A stretch of 63,721 nucleotides of DNA, filler included, from Welwitschia mirabilis (GCA_051453625.1; 6 parts of one record of this genome joined end to end with filler, not necessarily neighbours in it), one strand, 5' to 3'; positions 1 to 13,505 are shown, numbered from the whole stretch's first letter. Translations and numbers: made by a program. Notes: generated by a model not told the origin, from the letters alone.

Positions 1-3000
1 GACTCAGTGTAGAACATCTTTCTTGTAAATTTTTCAAAGCTTTATGAGAGGGATGGTTATATTTCTTATGAAGAGGATCTAATGAGAATCATTGAGAACC
101 TCAATGAAGGTCATTGAATCTTATGTGATGACTAATCTTCCTACTAGAAGTTCTCTTTGATCTTCTTCTTAAGGCTGTCCTTACCTTCTTTCTAAGAGCT
201 CTAGCATTAAAAGCTGAGGTTTGACTTAAAATATTTATGNNNNNNNNNNNNNNNNNNNNNNNNNNNNNNNNNNNNNNNNNNNNNNNNNNNNNNNNNNNNN
301 NNNNNNNNNNNNNNNNNNNNNNNNNNNNNNNNNNNNNNNNNNNNNNNNNNNNNNNNNNNNNNNNNNNNNNNNNNNNNNNNNNNNNNNNNNNNNNNNNNNN
401 NNNNNNNNNNNNNNNNNNNNNNNNNNNNNNNNNNNNNNNNNNNNNNNNNNNNNNNNNNNNNNNNNNNNNNNNNNNNNNNNNNNNNNNNNNNNNNNNNNNN
501 NNNNNNNNNNNNNNNNNNNNNNNNNNNNNNNNNNNNNNNNNNNNNNNNNNNNNNNNNNNNNNNNNNNNNNNNNNNNNNNNNNNNNNNNNNNNNNNNNNNN
601 NNNNNNNNNNNNNNNNNNNNNNNNNNNNNNNNNNNNNNNNNNNNNNTGTAGCACCAAATTTAATTAGGGTTGTCAAGGACTCATGAGTTCTCAATCGAGG
701 CTTTCAAATCTATTGTGGAGACAATCAAAAGAGTTCAAAGATGATCATGAGAACTCATGAGTTCTCGATGGGGTTCTTCAAATTCTTACTATCATCATAA
801 TGAATGCAAGTATAAAGGAAAAGTAGAGTTTCATGCTATAGTTATAGAAAAAAGTTAATGGGGACCATTAAGAATGAGATATTCCTCTTCNNNNNNNNNN
901 NNNNNNNNNNNNNNNNNNNNNNNNNNNNNNNNNNNNNNNNNNNNNNNNNNNNNNNNNNNNNNNNNNNNNNNNNNNNNNNNNNNNNNNNNNTCCTCTTCAA
1001 AAGACAAGTTTGAAGAGTTAAAGTTAGTTTGAAGTCCAATCCAAAGCTTTAGCTTTAGGTTGGTATCAGTTAACTTTCAAGACTTATGTGCCAAGGGTTG
1101 GGCTTAAAATCTGATTCAAAGTTTCATTGTTAGATTAGTATCAGCTGGTTAGGCCTTTCTTTTCTTTTAATCATAGGATGAATAAATACCTAGATTAGCC
1201 TAAAATCTAATTTAAAGTCTTAAATTTAAGTTGGTATCAAGTAATCTCATGATACTTAATTGAATGCAAGTTTTCAGAGTAAGGAAGATGAATAATTTAA
1301 TATGAGATCTGACTCTTGAGTTGGTGTTAGTTAAAGGATTTAAGTTTTCAATGGCTGATCTAAAATCTAACCCAAATTTTTAGCTTTACATTAGTGTTAA
1401 TTAGCCAAGTTATATTGCTTTTCCTAATAATTTTAAGGTTTGATTTACAATAGAATTTTGTTGAAGAAAAACACCGGCAACTTTTCATTCTTTTCCTTTC
1501 TTGAAAAATAAAAGAAATTGTTTTTAAGTTATTAGATAAAACCTAAAAATTTTCTTTTAATTATAATGCATTTGCAAGTTTGTGGTACTTGTTTGATGAT
1601 GTGGATTATAATAGTAAGATTCAATGGGNNNNNNNNNNNNNNNNNNNNNNNNNNNNNNNNNNNNNNNNNNNNNNNNNNNNNNNNNNNNNNNNNNNNNNNN
1701 NNNNNNNNNNNNNNNNNNNNNNNNNNNNCTTATTTAAATGCAAGTTTTCAGAGCAAGGAAGATAAATAATTTAACATGAGATCTAACTCTTGAGTTTTAG
1801 TTAAAGGATTTAAGTTTTAAATGGCTGATCGAAAATCTGATCCAAATTTTTAGCTTTATGTTAGTGTCAATTAGCCAAGTTATATCCCTTTTCCTAATAA
1901 GTTTAATGTTTGATTTACAATGAAATTTTATTGAAGAAATCACTGGTAACTTTTCTTTCTTTTCCTTTCTTGAAAAATAAAAGAAATTATTTTTAAGTTA
2001 TTAGATACAACCTAAAAATTTTCTTTTAATTACAAGGCATCTATAGGTTTGTGGTAATTATTTGATGATGTGGATTATAATAGCAAGATTCAATTGGTCT
2101 CTACAATAACATATAGCTCGAGAAATCCAAACTAGTCATAAATCAATCTAAAGTCTCGACTTTAGGTTAAATTTGATCAGTTTGGAATCCCTAAATTCCA
2201 TACCTACTTAAAGATCTATGCTGACACTTGACATTCTTTTGCTATTTGGTAAAAATAATTTATATCACTTTTATCTAGTCTTTCACTTTAAAATCAAACA
2301 TGTGTGCACTAGATAACTTAATTGAATTACACTTGTCAGAAAGAAGGGCCACATTTGTACTATAAATTGTATTTCTTTCATGTTAATCATCCACCACTTT
2401 CCATCTGAGCTTAATATTTTTTTTACTTTGTTACCTTCCACTTTTTATCTTCTTTTCTTCTTTAATCTCCATGGCTTACACTCCTTCTTCTTCTCTTGTT
2501 ACTGCCTCTATATCAAGAAGATGAAGCATTATTTATTCAACTTGGGTTTTACACAAATATATGTGTGCATTAGCACTATAGACCCTCAACTACCTCAGGT
2601 ATAATTAGGCCTAAAAATGTAATATTTTTATATTGTGATTATAGATTCACTACTGAGGTTTTAGATGCTTTAGATTCCTTCATCACTAAGGCTAGTAAAT
2701 ATTGTTTTAGAGGTAGTTTCATTCCTCTAACTTTTGGTTCTTTGATTCATTACTTAATAAGCAAGTATTTGAGGTTAAGGATTAAAGAATTACATCAGTA
2801 GCCCAATTATGAAGAATTAACTTACAATGTTTCTTATATTAGCTAGTAAGAAAAATGTAGGTGCTAGAGAAGAAAGTTCATTACCTTTAGGGTACCAAAC
2901 CTATTCTAAGCTTTACTACACTAAGTTTTGACAAGGAACCTATAGAGAGGATAATATGAGATACTAAATCTTATCAAAACTTTTAGCTATCCCATCTAGA

Positions 3001-4544
3001 AAAAATTAACATGCTAACTAAATCTCTAGGTAAGCTGAATTTATTAACTTTGGGTGAAAATTCTGTAATATAAACATCAAGACTAGGCATTCTCATAGGA
3101 GGAATATTTTGGTTTCTTTAAGAATTAACTTGCATAAGTTGAGGAGTATTTTATTTAAGGATTTGAGAATTGTTTTTACTTTTTATTTTTACTAATGGAT
3201 GTAATAATTGCCTTGCTTAATAAAGTTTTTGATTTTTCTTTCAAATAAATTATCTTTTAATATTTTTACTTTATTAATGATACATCTATTATATTAAAGG
3301 AAATTCAAACTAAACAATTCATTAAATTATTAAGATCATGCAAATTGATTCTAAAACTTTAAAGTTTTCTCTTGGATTAAACAGAATTTAATAATTGTGC
3401 ATGCTATTGAATTAAAAATATTTAGATACACATTCCATCATAGATTAGAATATTCCCTTCTGGTTTCTTTTTTTCTTCTCTGGTTGTGATAGGACTCTAG
3501 TTTTGGTAAAGAGTTATGTTTTAAATGATTTCTGGGATACAACTGTTCCACCACTTTTTATTCTTTACAACTTAGATTAANNNNNNNNNNNNNNNNNNNN
3601 NNNNNNNNNNNNNNNNNNNNNNNNNNNNNNNNNNNNNNNNNNNNNNNNNNNNNNNNNNNNNNNNNNNNNNNNNNNNNNNNNNNNNNNNNNNNNNNNNNNN
3701 NNNNNNNNNNNNNNNNNNNNNNNNNNNNNNNNNNNNNNNNNNNNNNNNNNNNNNNNNNNNNNNNNNNNNNNNNNNNNNNNNNNNNNNNNNNNNNCTATTC
3801 TATTAAAGAAAATTCAAACTAAACAATTCATTAAATTATTAAGATCATGCAAATTGATTCTAAAACTTTAAAGTTTTCTCTTAGTATAAATAGAATTTCA
3901 TAATTATGCATGCTATTGAATTAAAAATATTTAGATACACATTCCATTATAGATTAGAATATTCCCTTCTAGTTTCTTTTTTTTTGATCTCTGGTTGTGA
4001 TAGGACTCTAGTTTTGGTAACTAGTTATGTTTCAAATGATTTCTGGGATATAATTGTTCCTCCACATTTTTTACTTTACAACTTAGATTAAGCACAATGA
4101 GAAGAGCATAACCACTATTATATCAGTAAGGATTGTAGCCAACTAAGCCCCTAGTGGAGTTCTCATAACTACCATATTGTATTACTAAAGGCTTCTCTTA
4201 GGAATATTTAGCCTAGTACACTTTTGGTAGAACATTATGGTACTTCTCTTTTTTCCCCAAATAATACTTAGAAGGTACTCTACTATGTAATGGAATATGT
4301 CTTCTCCATCTTAGTAATAAAGATAATACACAAANNNNNNNNNNNNNNNNNNCGAGATAACTTTTTATTTTATAATAATTTCATTCATCTTAAACAACCT
4401 AGTAAATTGATATAGAATAAATAAACTTTAAAGAAATAACATGTCTTTTTATTATCTAATTCTAGAGCCTTATTTTAGAGGTAGAGTGGAAGTATTCTTT
4501 CCATCATATCAGGGTTTCCTAAATAATTAAGTATCTATAATCAT

Positions 4545-5358
4545 AATACATTCTTAATCTTTATACATTAGCTTAGTAGGTTAACTTTTCATTAGGATCA
4601 TATATTTCTAGAGCTCCATTCCCTAGAATTTTTATTATGGTCTAGNNNNNNNNNNNNNNNNNNNNNNNNNNNNNNNNNNNNNNNNNNNNNNNNNNNNNNN
4701 NNNNNNNNNNNNNNNNNNNNNNNNNNNNNNNNNNNNNNNNNNNNNGTATAGGGTCCTAGCCAATTTTATTCATATTTTTGTTTTGAATAGATTTTTTTAG
4801 AATCATAAATTAATATAGAATCTCCTACATTAAAATTTGTTTTTTTGATTCTGTTCTCATGATATATTTTAGCTTTTTAATGTATAAGTTTTAGAAGAGC
4901 CTCTTTTCATTCATGTTTTTTTATCCATTCTTTTTGAGTTGTATTTAAATTACATTTTAATTCTTTATCTGATTTAAACATTTTTATTCTAAATTAAATT
5001 GGCAAAATAGCTCTTTGTCCATAATTCATGTGAAGTAAATCAAGGAGTATGTTTTTAATTTATTCTATAAGCTCATAGAGCTTCATTTAATTTATTATCC
5101 TAATTAGTTTTATTATTGTTTACAACTTTTGTTAATATTCTATTGATCTCTTTATTAGTCGCTTCAACTTAGCTATTAGATATGGGGTGATAGGTAATAG
5201 AGAGTTTGTGATGGATTCTAAACTTGGTTAAAAATTTCTCAAATACTTTACTAATAAAATGATTTTTCCTATCAAATATAAGACTTTAGAGGGCTCTAAA
5301 CTAATAGATAATATTTCTAAGGAAAAAGTAAATTATGTCTTAGAAAGAATAATTTGTC
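4545..5358 (-). pseudogene. Gypsy A integrase core C-half and GPY/F domain
   Basis: Translation reads MTNYSF*DIIYFFLRNIIY*F...TYHPISNS*VEATNKEINRILTKVV...LNEAL*AYR, then KWLGPY...GALEIYDP...ANV*RLRMYY, with many stops. Confidence 0.85.
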
Positions 5359-5363
5359 ATAAT

Positions 5364-7069
5364 TGTTAGATTATGTTTTGCCAATTAATATCAAATTAAT
5401 GTTTTCTATATAGAAAATTTTATGTATCTTTTTTAAAAAATATTATATTACTTGTAGGTCAAAAGATGAAATTAAAACCATTAATTTTTTAGTACTAGAA
5501 ACATATCAGTTCTTTTATCATTNNNNNNNNNNNNNNNNNNNNNNNNNNNNNNNNNNNNNNNNNNNNNNNNNNNNNNNNNNNNNNNNNNNNNNNNNNNNNN
5601 CAACCAAACATATAAACTTGAGAAACAGTGTCCCTGAACTGAATGGTAATGGATCAACTAGATCTTTAGGGGATTGAATGGATTTTATAACTTGATAAAT
5701 AGTATCCCTAGATTGAATGGCAAGGGGTTGACTAGACCTGTGATGGGGTCGACCAGATCTATAAACCAAGGAATAATACTCCTAAACTGATTATTAAGGG
5801 GTCAATCAGATCTATGATGGGATTGATTGNNNNNNNNNNNNNNNNNNNNNNNNNNNNNNNNNNNNNNNNNNNNNNNNNNNNNNNNNNNNNNNNNNNNNNN
5901 NNNNNNNNNNNNNNNNNNNNNNNNNNNNNAATACTCCTAAACTGATTATTAAGGGGTCAATCAGATCTATGATGGGATTGATTGGATCTGAGAACTATGT
6001 AGTTGATACACCTGAGCCGATCATCATGAGGTCAACTAGACACCTAAAGGGATTGATTGGACCTAATGCTAAAAACTGGAAAGAATTTTATTAAGAGGAG
6101 TGGGAGACCAAATAATTAGCAGGTGACCTGACTGGGGTTAACTGGACCTAGATGAGGTTGACTAAACAGGGAGCTATAAAACATTGGGATAACTAAATTT
6201 CCCACTCAGGTGCCTTGTGTAAGTCACGATACCAGATGGGGTCAACCGAACTTTTGAGGGGTCGACCAAATGGAATGAAAGTAAACTTTTCTAATTGTCA
6301 TGTATCTATTATGTAGTTATTAGATAGTCATTTTCTAGCCGTTTATAGCCATTGGAAGTGCATTTCAAATGTAATAAATCCTAAAAGCCTTTTGATATAA
6401 ATAACTAAGACATAGGTAACTAAAGAATCTTTTGGAATGATCTTCATTTAGGTGAATCTATTGAATTTTAAGGATTAAGCATTATAATCTTATGACTTTC
6501 ACTATTGTATCTTGGTATCTATATTTTTGATTGAAGAAGATCTATCATTGGTATTACCTCTACATTTAAGACTAGATCAAGAGCTTCATTCATTTACATC
6601 TATAGGAGAAGAGCTCCATCAAATCTACTGAATCAAGAACGAGTGATATCCATGCTCTATAGGCATCATTACATCACTAATTTGTTTTGTAAAAGGTGAG
6701 ACTAAGCATNNNNNNNNNNNNNNNNNNNNNNNNNNNNNNNNNNNNNNNNNNNNNNNNNNNNNNNNNNNNNNNNNNNNNNNNNNNNNNNNNNNNNNNNNNN
6801 NNNNNNNNNNNNNNNNNNNNNNNNNNNNNNNNNNNNNNNNNNNNNNNGGAGTTTCCTAAACCACTATAAACTCTCGCATGCATCTATTTGATATTTTTGT
6901 ACCTTCTATTATTATTTCTTTACTCCTATTATTTTCCTATTTCATGCACATTTTGGTTTAGTTAATTATTGTATGCAAGTTTTATTTAAGGTCAGATTCC
7001 TCTAGATTATTACATTGCATTCTTTTTTAAGAATTTATTCACCCTTCTCTAAGGTTCTTGATCCCATCA
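5364..7069 (+). repeat. SIRE-1 5' LTR (contains gaps)
   Basis: Starts TGTTAGATTATGTTTTGCCAATT and ends GATCCCATCA just before the PBS. Aligns with 14237-15439. Confidence 0.88.
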
Positions 7070-7071
7070 TT

Positions 7072-7083
7072 TGGTATCAGAGT
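7072..7083 (+). promoter_or_regulatory. PBS complementary to initiator tRNA-Met
   Basis: TGGTATCAGAGT lies 2 nt after the LTR end. A duplicate copy at 7604-7615 reads CGGTATCAGAGT. Confidence 0.9.
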
Positions 7084-7840
7084 AGGTTAAGTCTTTTCTT
7101 AGATCTTAACCGATCTAGATTTTAAAACCCCATAATGATTGTTCACCTTGACAATTTTTTAAATATGCCCTTCCTCGATACTTGTGCTTTTATGTGTATA
7201 TGTAGATAGCATATAGATATATTTTCAAATATATTTCAACTAGTGAAAACACACAGGACTCAAGTGAAAAGGAGACTTTCCTTTATAGAACTNNNNNNNN
7301 NNNNNNNNNNNNNNNNNNNNNNNNNNNNNNNNNNNNNNNNNNNNNNNNNNNNNNNNNNNNNNNNNNNNNNNNNNNNNNNNNNNNNNNNNNNNCCACTATA
7401 AACTTCGGCATGCATCTATTTGATATTTCTGTGCCTTCTGTCATTATTTCTTTACGCCTATTATTTTCTTGTTTCATGCACATTTTGGTTTAGTTAATTA
7501 TTGTATGCAAGTTTTATTTAAGATTAGATTCCTCTAGAATATTAAATTACATTCTTTTTTAAGAATCTATTCACCCTCCTCTAGGGTTCTTGATCCCATC
7601 ATTCGGTATCAGAGTAGGTTAAGTCTTTTCTTAGNNNNNNNNNNTTTAAAACCCCACAATGATTGTTCACCTTGATGATTTTTCAAATATGCCCTTCCTC
7701 GATACTTATGCTTTTATGTGTATATTTTAGATATCATATAGATATATTTTCAAATATATTGTAGCTAGTGAAAACACACAATACTTAAGTAAAAGTGATT
7801 AAAAAAATGCGCAACACACGACAAGAAAAGGATACTTTTC

Positions 7841-8720
7841 TTTATGGCACTTATGCCTCCATTACAAGATATGCCCAATACATTGGATTATCATAACCAT
7901 GATGTGGACAATGAAGAACAATATGAGTTGGAAGACACCTATCAAGAGTTATATCAAGAATGTAAAAAGCTAGCTAAAAGGATAAATGATCTGAATAAGA
8001 TTATAAAATCTCTCACTAAGGAAAATGAGGAAATGAAATCAAGTCTCAAAAAAATCAAATTAAAAACTTCGATCTCACTTTATAGGTAAAAGAGTTATCT
8101 TATCTTTTTAATAAATTTTCATGTAAATCTAAATTTTCATGTGGATCTATTAAATTAAAACAAATGCTTAAAGTTTAGAAATTTATTAATAACAAGTCAG
8201 GTATTGGCTTCATCTCTCAAAGACCTTAAAGACAGCAAAATTAGGTAACCATTGATGGTAAGTTCCTTTCAAAAATTACTTATCATTTCTACAAAAGACT
8301 TAGTCATTCATAACTCATATGCGATGCTAGAAAATTAATGTTATTTTGAAACTTAGTTAGTACTTTTCCATTTATGTTTGTTCCTAAAGGAGGTATACCA
8401 CATAAGTTTAGAAAGACTATGTCGATGAAAGCTAATGGTCTTAAAAGTCTCTTAATTCAGACAAATTTCAAGATTTTAAATAGCACAAACCCGTATCTCA
8501 ATAGTGGATGTTTAAAGCATATGATAGGAGGCAAATCCAGATTCAAGCAACTAAGCAACTTTCATGAAGGAGAGGTGACTTTCAAAGATAATGAAAGAGC
8601 AAAATACAAGGGATTAGAAGCATTGTTGGAGGTAAAGTTCCAAGAATTAATGAAGATTTTTATGTAAGTGATTAAATCATAATTTATTGAGCATTACCCA
8701 AATTTGTGACAAAGGTTACA
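7841..8720 (+). pseudogene. SIRE-1 truncated gag (coiled-coil and zinc-knuckle region) and protease
   Basis: FMALM..YQELYQECKKLAKRINDLN is homologous to SIRE-2 at ~40033-40230. YLNSGCLKHMIG corresponds to copia protease WYLDSGCSRHMTG, followed by NLLSITQICDKG. Confidence 0.8.
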
Positions 8721-9514
8721 NNNNNNNNNNNNNNNNNNNNNNNNNNNNNNNNNNNNNNNNNNNNNNNNNNNNNNNNNNNNNNNNNNNNNNNNNNNNNNNN
8801 NNNNNNNNNNNNNNNNNNNNNNNNNNNNNNNNNNNNNNNNNNNNNNNNNNNNNNNNNNNNNNNNNNNNNNNNNNNNNNNNNNNNNNNNNNNNNNNNNNNN
8901 NNNNNNNNNNNNNNNNNNNNNNNNNNNNNNNNNNNNNNNNNNNNNNNNNNNNNNNNNNNNNNNNNNNNNNNNNNNNNNNNNNNNNNNNNNNNNNNNNNNN
9001 NNNNNNNNNNNNNNNNNNNNNNNNNNNNNNNNNNNNNNNNNNNNNNNNNNNNNNNNNNNNNNNNNNNNNNNNNNNNNNNNNNNNNNNNNNNNNNNNNNNN
9101 NNNNNNNNNNNNNNNNNNNNNNNNNNNNNNNNNNNNNNNNNNNNNNNNNNNNNNNNNNNNNNNNNNNNNNNNNNNNNNNNNNNNNNNNNNNNNNNNNNNN
9201 NNNNNNNNNNNNNNNNNNNNNNNNNNNNNNNNNNNNNNNNNNNNNNNNNNNNNNNNNNNNNNNNNNNNNNNNNNNNNNNNNNNNNNNNNNNNNNNNNNNN
9301 NNNNNNNNNNNNNNNNNNNNNNNNNNNNNNNNNNNNNNNNNNNNNNNNNNNNNNNNNNNNNNNNNNNNNNNNNNNNNNNNNNNNNNNNNNNNNNNNNNNN
9401 NNNNNNNNNNNNNNNNNNNNNNNNNNNNNNNNNNNNNNNNNNNNNNNNNNNNNNNNNNNNNNNNNNNNNNNNNNNNNNNNNNNNNNNNNNNNNNNNNNNN
9501 NNNNNNNNNNNNNN

Positions 9515-10340
9515 GCATAAATGATTAGGTCATGTTAATTATGATCAATTGAAAATAATTATTCATAAAAACATCATGAAAGGAATTCCTAAGATAAATA
9601 TAGAAAAATGAGGCTTATGTAATGCATGCCAAAAAGACAAATAAATTAGGACCTCTTATAAAAGTAAAATTCAAGCATCCACATCTATGCCAGTAGAGCT
9701 TATTCATATGAATCTAGTAGGTCCTACTCAAACTCGAAGTCTANNNNNNNNNNTAGGTGTAAAACATTATTTTCTTAATAGGGTTGATGATTTCTCTAGA
9801 TATACTTGGGTATTCTTTTTGTCAAACATGTCTGAAGCTTATAAATATTATATTGAAATTTGTAATAAAATTCAAAATGAAAAGGGATATACCATAAAGA
9901 AAATAAGAAGTGATCATGGTGGTGAATTTGAAAATCATTTCTTTGAAAAATATTGCATTCAAAATGGAATTGATCATTAGTTTTCAGTCGTAAAAACACC
10001 AAAATAAAATGGTATAGCTAAAATAAAGAATAGAGTCCTTTAAGAAATGGATCAAGCTATACTAAATGATAAGGATGTTTCTAAATTCTTTTGGGTTGAG
10101 GTAGTTAGCATAGCATGCTATATTATTAACAGAGTATATCTTAAACCTAGTACTAATAAAACACCTTATAATTTATAAAAAGAAAGACAACAAAATGTAT
10201 CATACTTTAAAGTCTTTGAAAGTGAATGCTATGTGCTAAAAGATAGAGAACATTTGAGAAAATTCGATTCAAAGGTAGATGAAGCTATCTTCTTGAATTA
10301 CTCAACTAAAATTAAAACCTATTATGTTTTCAACAAAAGA
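9515..10340 (+). pseudogene. SIRE-1 integrase
   Basis: HK*LGHVN..CNACQK (HHCC); ELIHMNLVGP; VDDFSRYTWVFFL; KIRSDHGGEFEN; KFDSKVDEAIFL. Confidence 0.92.
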
Positions 10341-11690
10341 ATCTCAATAGTAGAAGAGTTACTAAACATGCAAACTAATGAGATTGACACAAGGTCAAAC
10401 TACATAGATGAGGAGAAAACCATAACTACAAGTATTCCCACAACCAATGAATGTTCTATTAAAAAAATAAAGTTGCGATAAAAGAAGGCACACTAAAAAA
10501 AGCCCAAACTTCTTAAAGATCATCCTTTAGAANNNNNNNNNNTAAAGATCAGAGGTTCCATGAAAAATTTGTATGCTCACGTTTGTTATGTCTTAAAAAT
10601 AAAATCCAAGAAATTTGAAGAAGCAGAAATTCATGAGAAATAAATGATGGCAATGAAAGATGAACTACAACAATTCAAAAGACATAATGTTTGGAAGCTA
10701 GTAGAAAGGCCAAAAGATAAGAATGTCATTGGAACTAAAGGGATATTTAAAAACAAATGTGATAAAGAAAATAATGTCCTTAAAAATAAGGCAANNNNNN
10801 NNNNNNNNNNNNNNNNNNNNNNNNNNNNNNNNNNNNNNNNNNNNNNNNNNNNNNNNNNNNNNNNNNNNNNNNNNNNNNNNNNNNNNNNNNNNNNAATATT
10901 GCATTCAAAATGGAATTGATCATAAGTTTTCAGTCACAAAAATACCACAATAAAATGGTATAGCTAAAAGAAATAATAGAGTCCTTTAAGAAATGGATCG
11001 AGCTATACTAAATGATAAGGATGTTCCTAAATTCTTTCTGGTTGAGGTAGTTAGCACAGCATGCTATATTATTAACAGAGCATATCTTAAACCTGGTACT
11101 AATAAAACACCTTATGATTTATAAAAAGAAATACAACCAAATGTATCATACTTTAAAGTCTTTAGAAGTAAATGCTATGTGCTAAAAGATAGAGAACATT
11201 TGAGTAAATTCAAGTTAAAGGTAGATGAATCTGTCTTCTTGAATTACTCAACTAGAAATAAAGCCTATTATGTTTTCAACAAAAGAATCTCAATAGTATA
11301 AGAATCAATAAACATGCAAACTAATGAGATTGACACAAGGTCAAACTGCATAGATGAGGAGAAAACCATAACTACAAGTATTCCCACAACCAATGAAGAT
11401 TCTATCAAAAGAAATGAAGTTGCAATAAAAGAAGGCACACTAAAAAAGCCCAAACATCTTAAAGATCATCCTTTAGAATCCATTATTCGAGAAGTTAGCT
11501 CAAAAATAAAGATAAGAGGTTTCATGAAAAATGAATGATGGCAATGCAAGATGAGCTACAACAATTTAAAAGACATAATGTTTGGAAGCTAGTAGAAAGG
11601 CCAAAAGATAAGAATATCATTGAAACTAAATGAATATTTAAAAAAAATATGATAAACAAAATAATGTCATTAAAAATAAGGTAAGATTAG
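9948..11690. repeat. Gap-flanking direct duplication of SIRE-1 IN-RT (~9948-10794 vs ~10895-11690)
   Basis: The same sequence lies on both sides of a 100-N gap. The copies share in-frame stops, and the second lacks an internal segment. Confidence 0.9.
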
Positions 11691-11808
11691 TAGCTTAAGG
11701 CTATAATAAAATAGAAGGCATTGACATAGGAGATACTTTTGCTCTAGTTGCAAGGTTGGAAAGCATTAAAATGTTTTTGTTCTTTACAACTTTTAAGAAT
11801 TTCAAAGT
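10600..11808 (+). pseudogene. SIRE-1 reverse transcriptase N-terminal part (partly duplicated across a gap)
   Basis: MAMKDELQQFKRHNVWKLVERPKDKNVIGTK..RLVA*GYNKIEGIDIGDTFALVARLESI. The YVDD region falls in the N gap. Confidence 0.9.
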
Positions 11809-12808
11809 NNNNNNNNNNNNNNNNNNNNNNNNNNNNNNNNNNNNNNNNNNNNNNNNNNNNNNNNNNNNNNNNNNNNNNNNNNNNNNNNNNNNNNNNNNNN
11901 NNNNNNNNNNNNNNNNNNNNNNNNNNNNNNNNNNNNNNNNNNNNNNNNNNNNNNNNNNNNNNNNNNNNNNNNNNNNNNNNNNNNNNNNNNNNNNNNNNNN
12001 NNNNNNNNNNNNNNNNNNNNNNNNNNNNNNNNNNNNNNNNNNNNNNNNNNNNNNNNNNNNNNNNNNNNNNNNNNNNNNNNNNNNNNNNNNNNNNNNNNNN
12101 NNNNNNNNNNNNNNNNNNNNNNNNNNNNNNNNNNNNNNNNNNNNNNNNNNNNNNNNNNNNNNNNNNNNNNNNNNNNNNNNNNNNNNNNNNNNNNNNNNNN
12201 NNNNNNNNNNNNNNNNNNNNNNNNNNNNNNNNNNNNNNNNNNNNNNNNNNNNNNNNNNNNNNNNNNNNNNNNNNNNNNNNNNNNNNNNNNNNNNNNNNNN
12301 NNNNNNNNNNNNNNNNNNNNNNNNNNNNNNNNNNNNNNNNNNNNNNNNNNNNNNNNNNNNNNNNNNNNNNNNNNNNNNNNNNNNNNNNNNNNNNNNNNNN
12401 NNNNNNNNNNNNNNNNNNNNNNNNNNNNNNNNNNNNNNNNNNNNNNNNNNNNNNNNNNNNNNNNNNNNNNNNNNNNNNNNNNNNNNNNNNNNNNNNNNNN
12501 NNNNNNNNNNNNNNNNNNNNNNNNNNNNNNNNNNNNNNNNNNNNNNNNNNNNNNNNNNNNNNNNNNNNNNNNNNNNNNNNNNNNNNNNNNNNNNNNNNNN
12601 NNNNNNNNNNNNNNNNNNNNNNNNNNNNNNNNNNNNNNNNNNNNNNNNNNNNNNNNNNNNNNNNNNNNNNNNNNNNNNNNNNNNNNNNNNNNNNNNNNNN
12701 NNNNNNNNNNNNNNNNNNNNNNNNNNNNNNNNNNNNNNNNNNNNNNNNNNNNNNNNNNNNNNNNNNNNNNNNNNNNNNNNNNNNNNNNNNNNNNNNNNNN
12801 NNNNNNNN

Positions 12809-13335
12809 ATTTTTGTGATAACATAAGTGCTATTAATATATTAAAAAATCTGGTTCAAAACTCAAGAGTGAAGCATATTGAGCTAATACATCATTTCCTA
12901 TGGGACCTAGTTAAAAAAGGACACATTTCTATGAATTTTATAACTTTAGACTAATAATTGAAAGATATTTTTTTTAAAACCCCTAAATTTTGATACTTTT
13001 CTTTATCTGAGAAATGAACTAGAAGTTCTCTCGTTATTCTATGACCTATTATAAGATGGTGGACCAAATCATTTTTTTAATCNNNNNNNNNNNNNNNNNN
13101 NNNNNNNNNNNNNNNNNNNNNNNNNNNNNNNNNNNNNNNNNNNNNNNNNNNNNNNNNNNNNNNNNNNNNNNNNNNNNNNNNNATTTCCTTTGGGACCTGG
13201 TTAAAAAAGGACATATTTCTATGAATTTTGTAATTTAGACTAATAATTGATAGATTTTTTTTAAAACCCCTAAATTTTGATACTTTTCTTTATCTGATAA
13301 ATGAACTAGGAATTCTCTTGTCATTCTATGACTTA
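12809..13335 (+). pseudogene. SIRE-1 RNase H C-terminus (partly duplicated)
   Basis: FCDNISAINILKNLVQNSRVKHIELIHHFLWDLVKKGHI..*LKDIF..KPL. Confidence 0.85.
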
Positions 13336-13505
13336 TTACAAGATGGTCGACCAAATCATTTGTTTAGTCAACTAGATGAGGTCGGTCAACTAGTATAAAA
13401 CTCAGTTGCCCAGATACTCTAGGTTCTATTGTCATCCCAGAAAAAGTACAAAACTCTAATCTTGTTTTACTATTAATTGTTTATTCCATCCTTTGTCATT
13501 AATGT

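Noticed and set aside
1061..1069. TGGTATCAG resembling a tRNA-Met PBS
   Set aside because: It is not followed by AGC, not preceded by an LTR CA end, has no gag after it, and recurs as part of a local tandem motif.
5650..6270. Spaced palindromic repeats as a CRISPR-like array
   Set aside because: The repeats are degenerate and irregular, lie inside a plant LTR and are duplicated in the other LTR; there are no cas genes.
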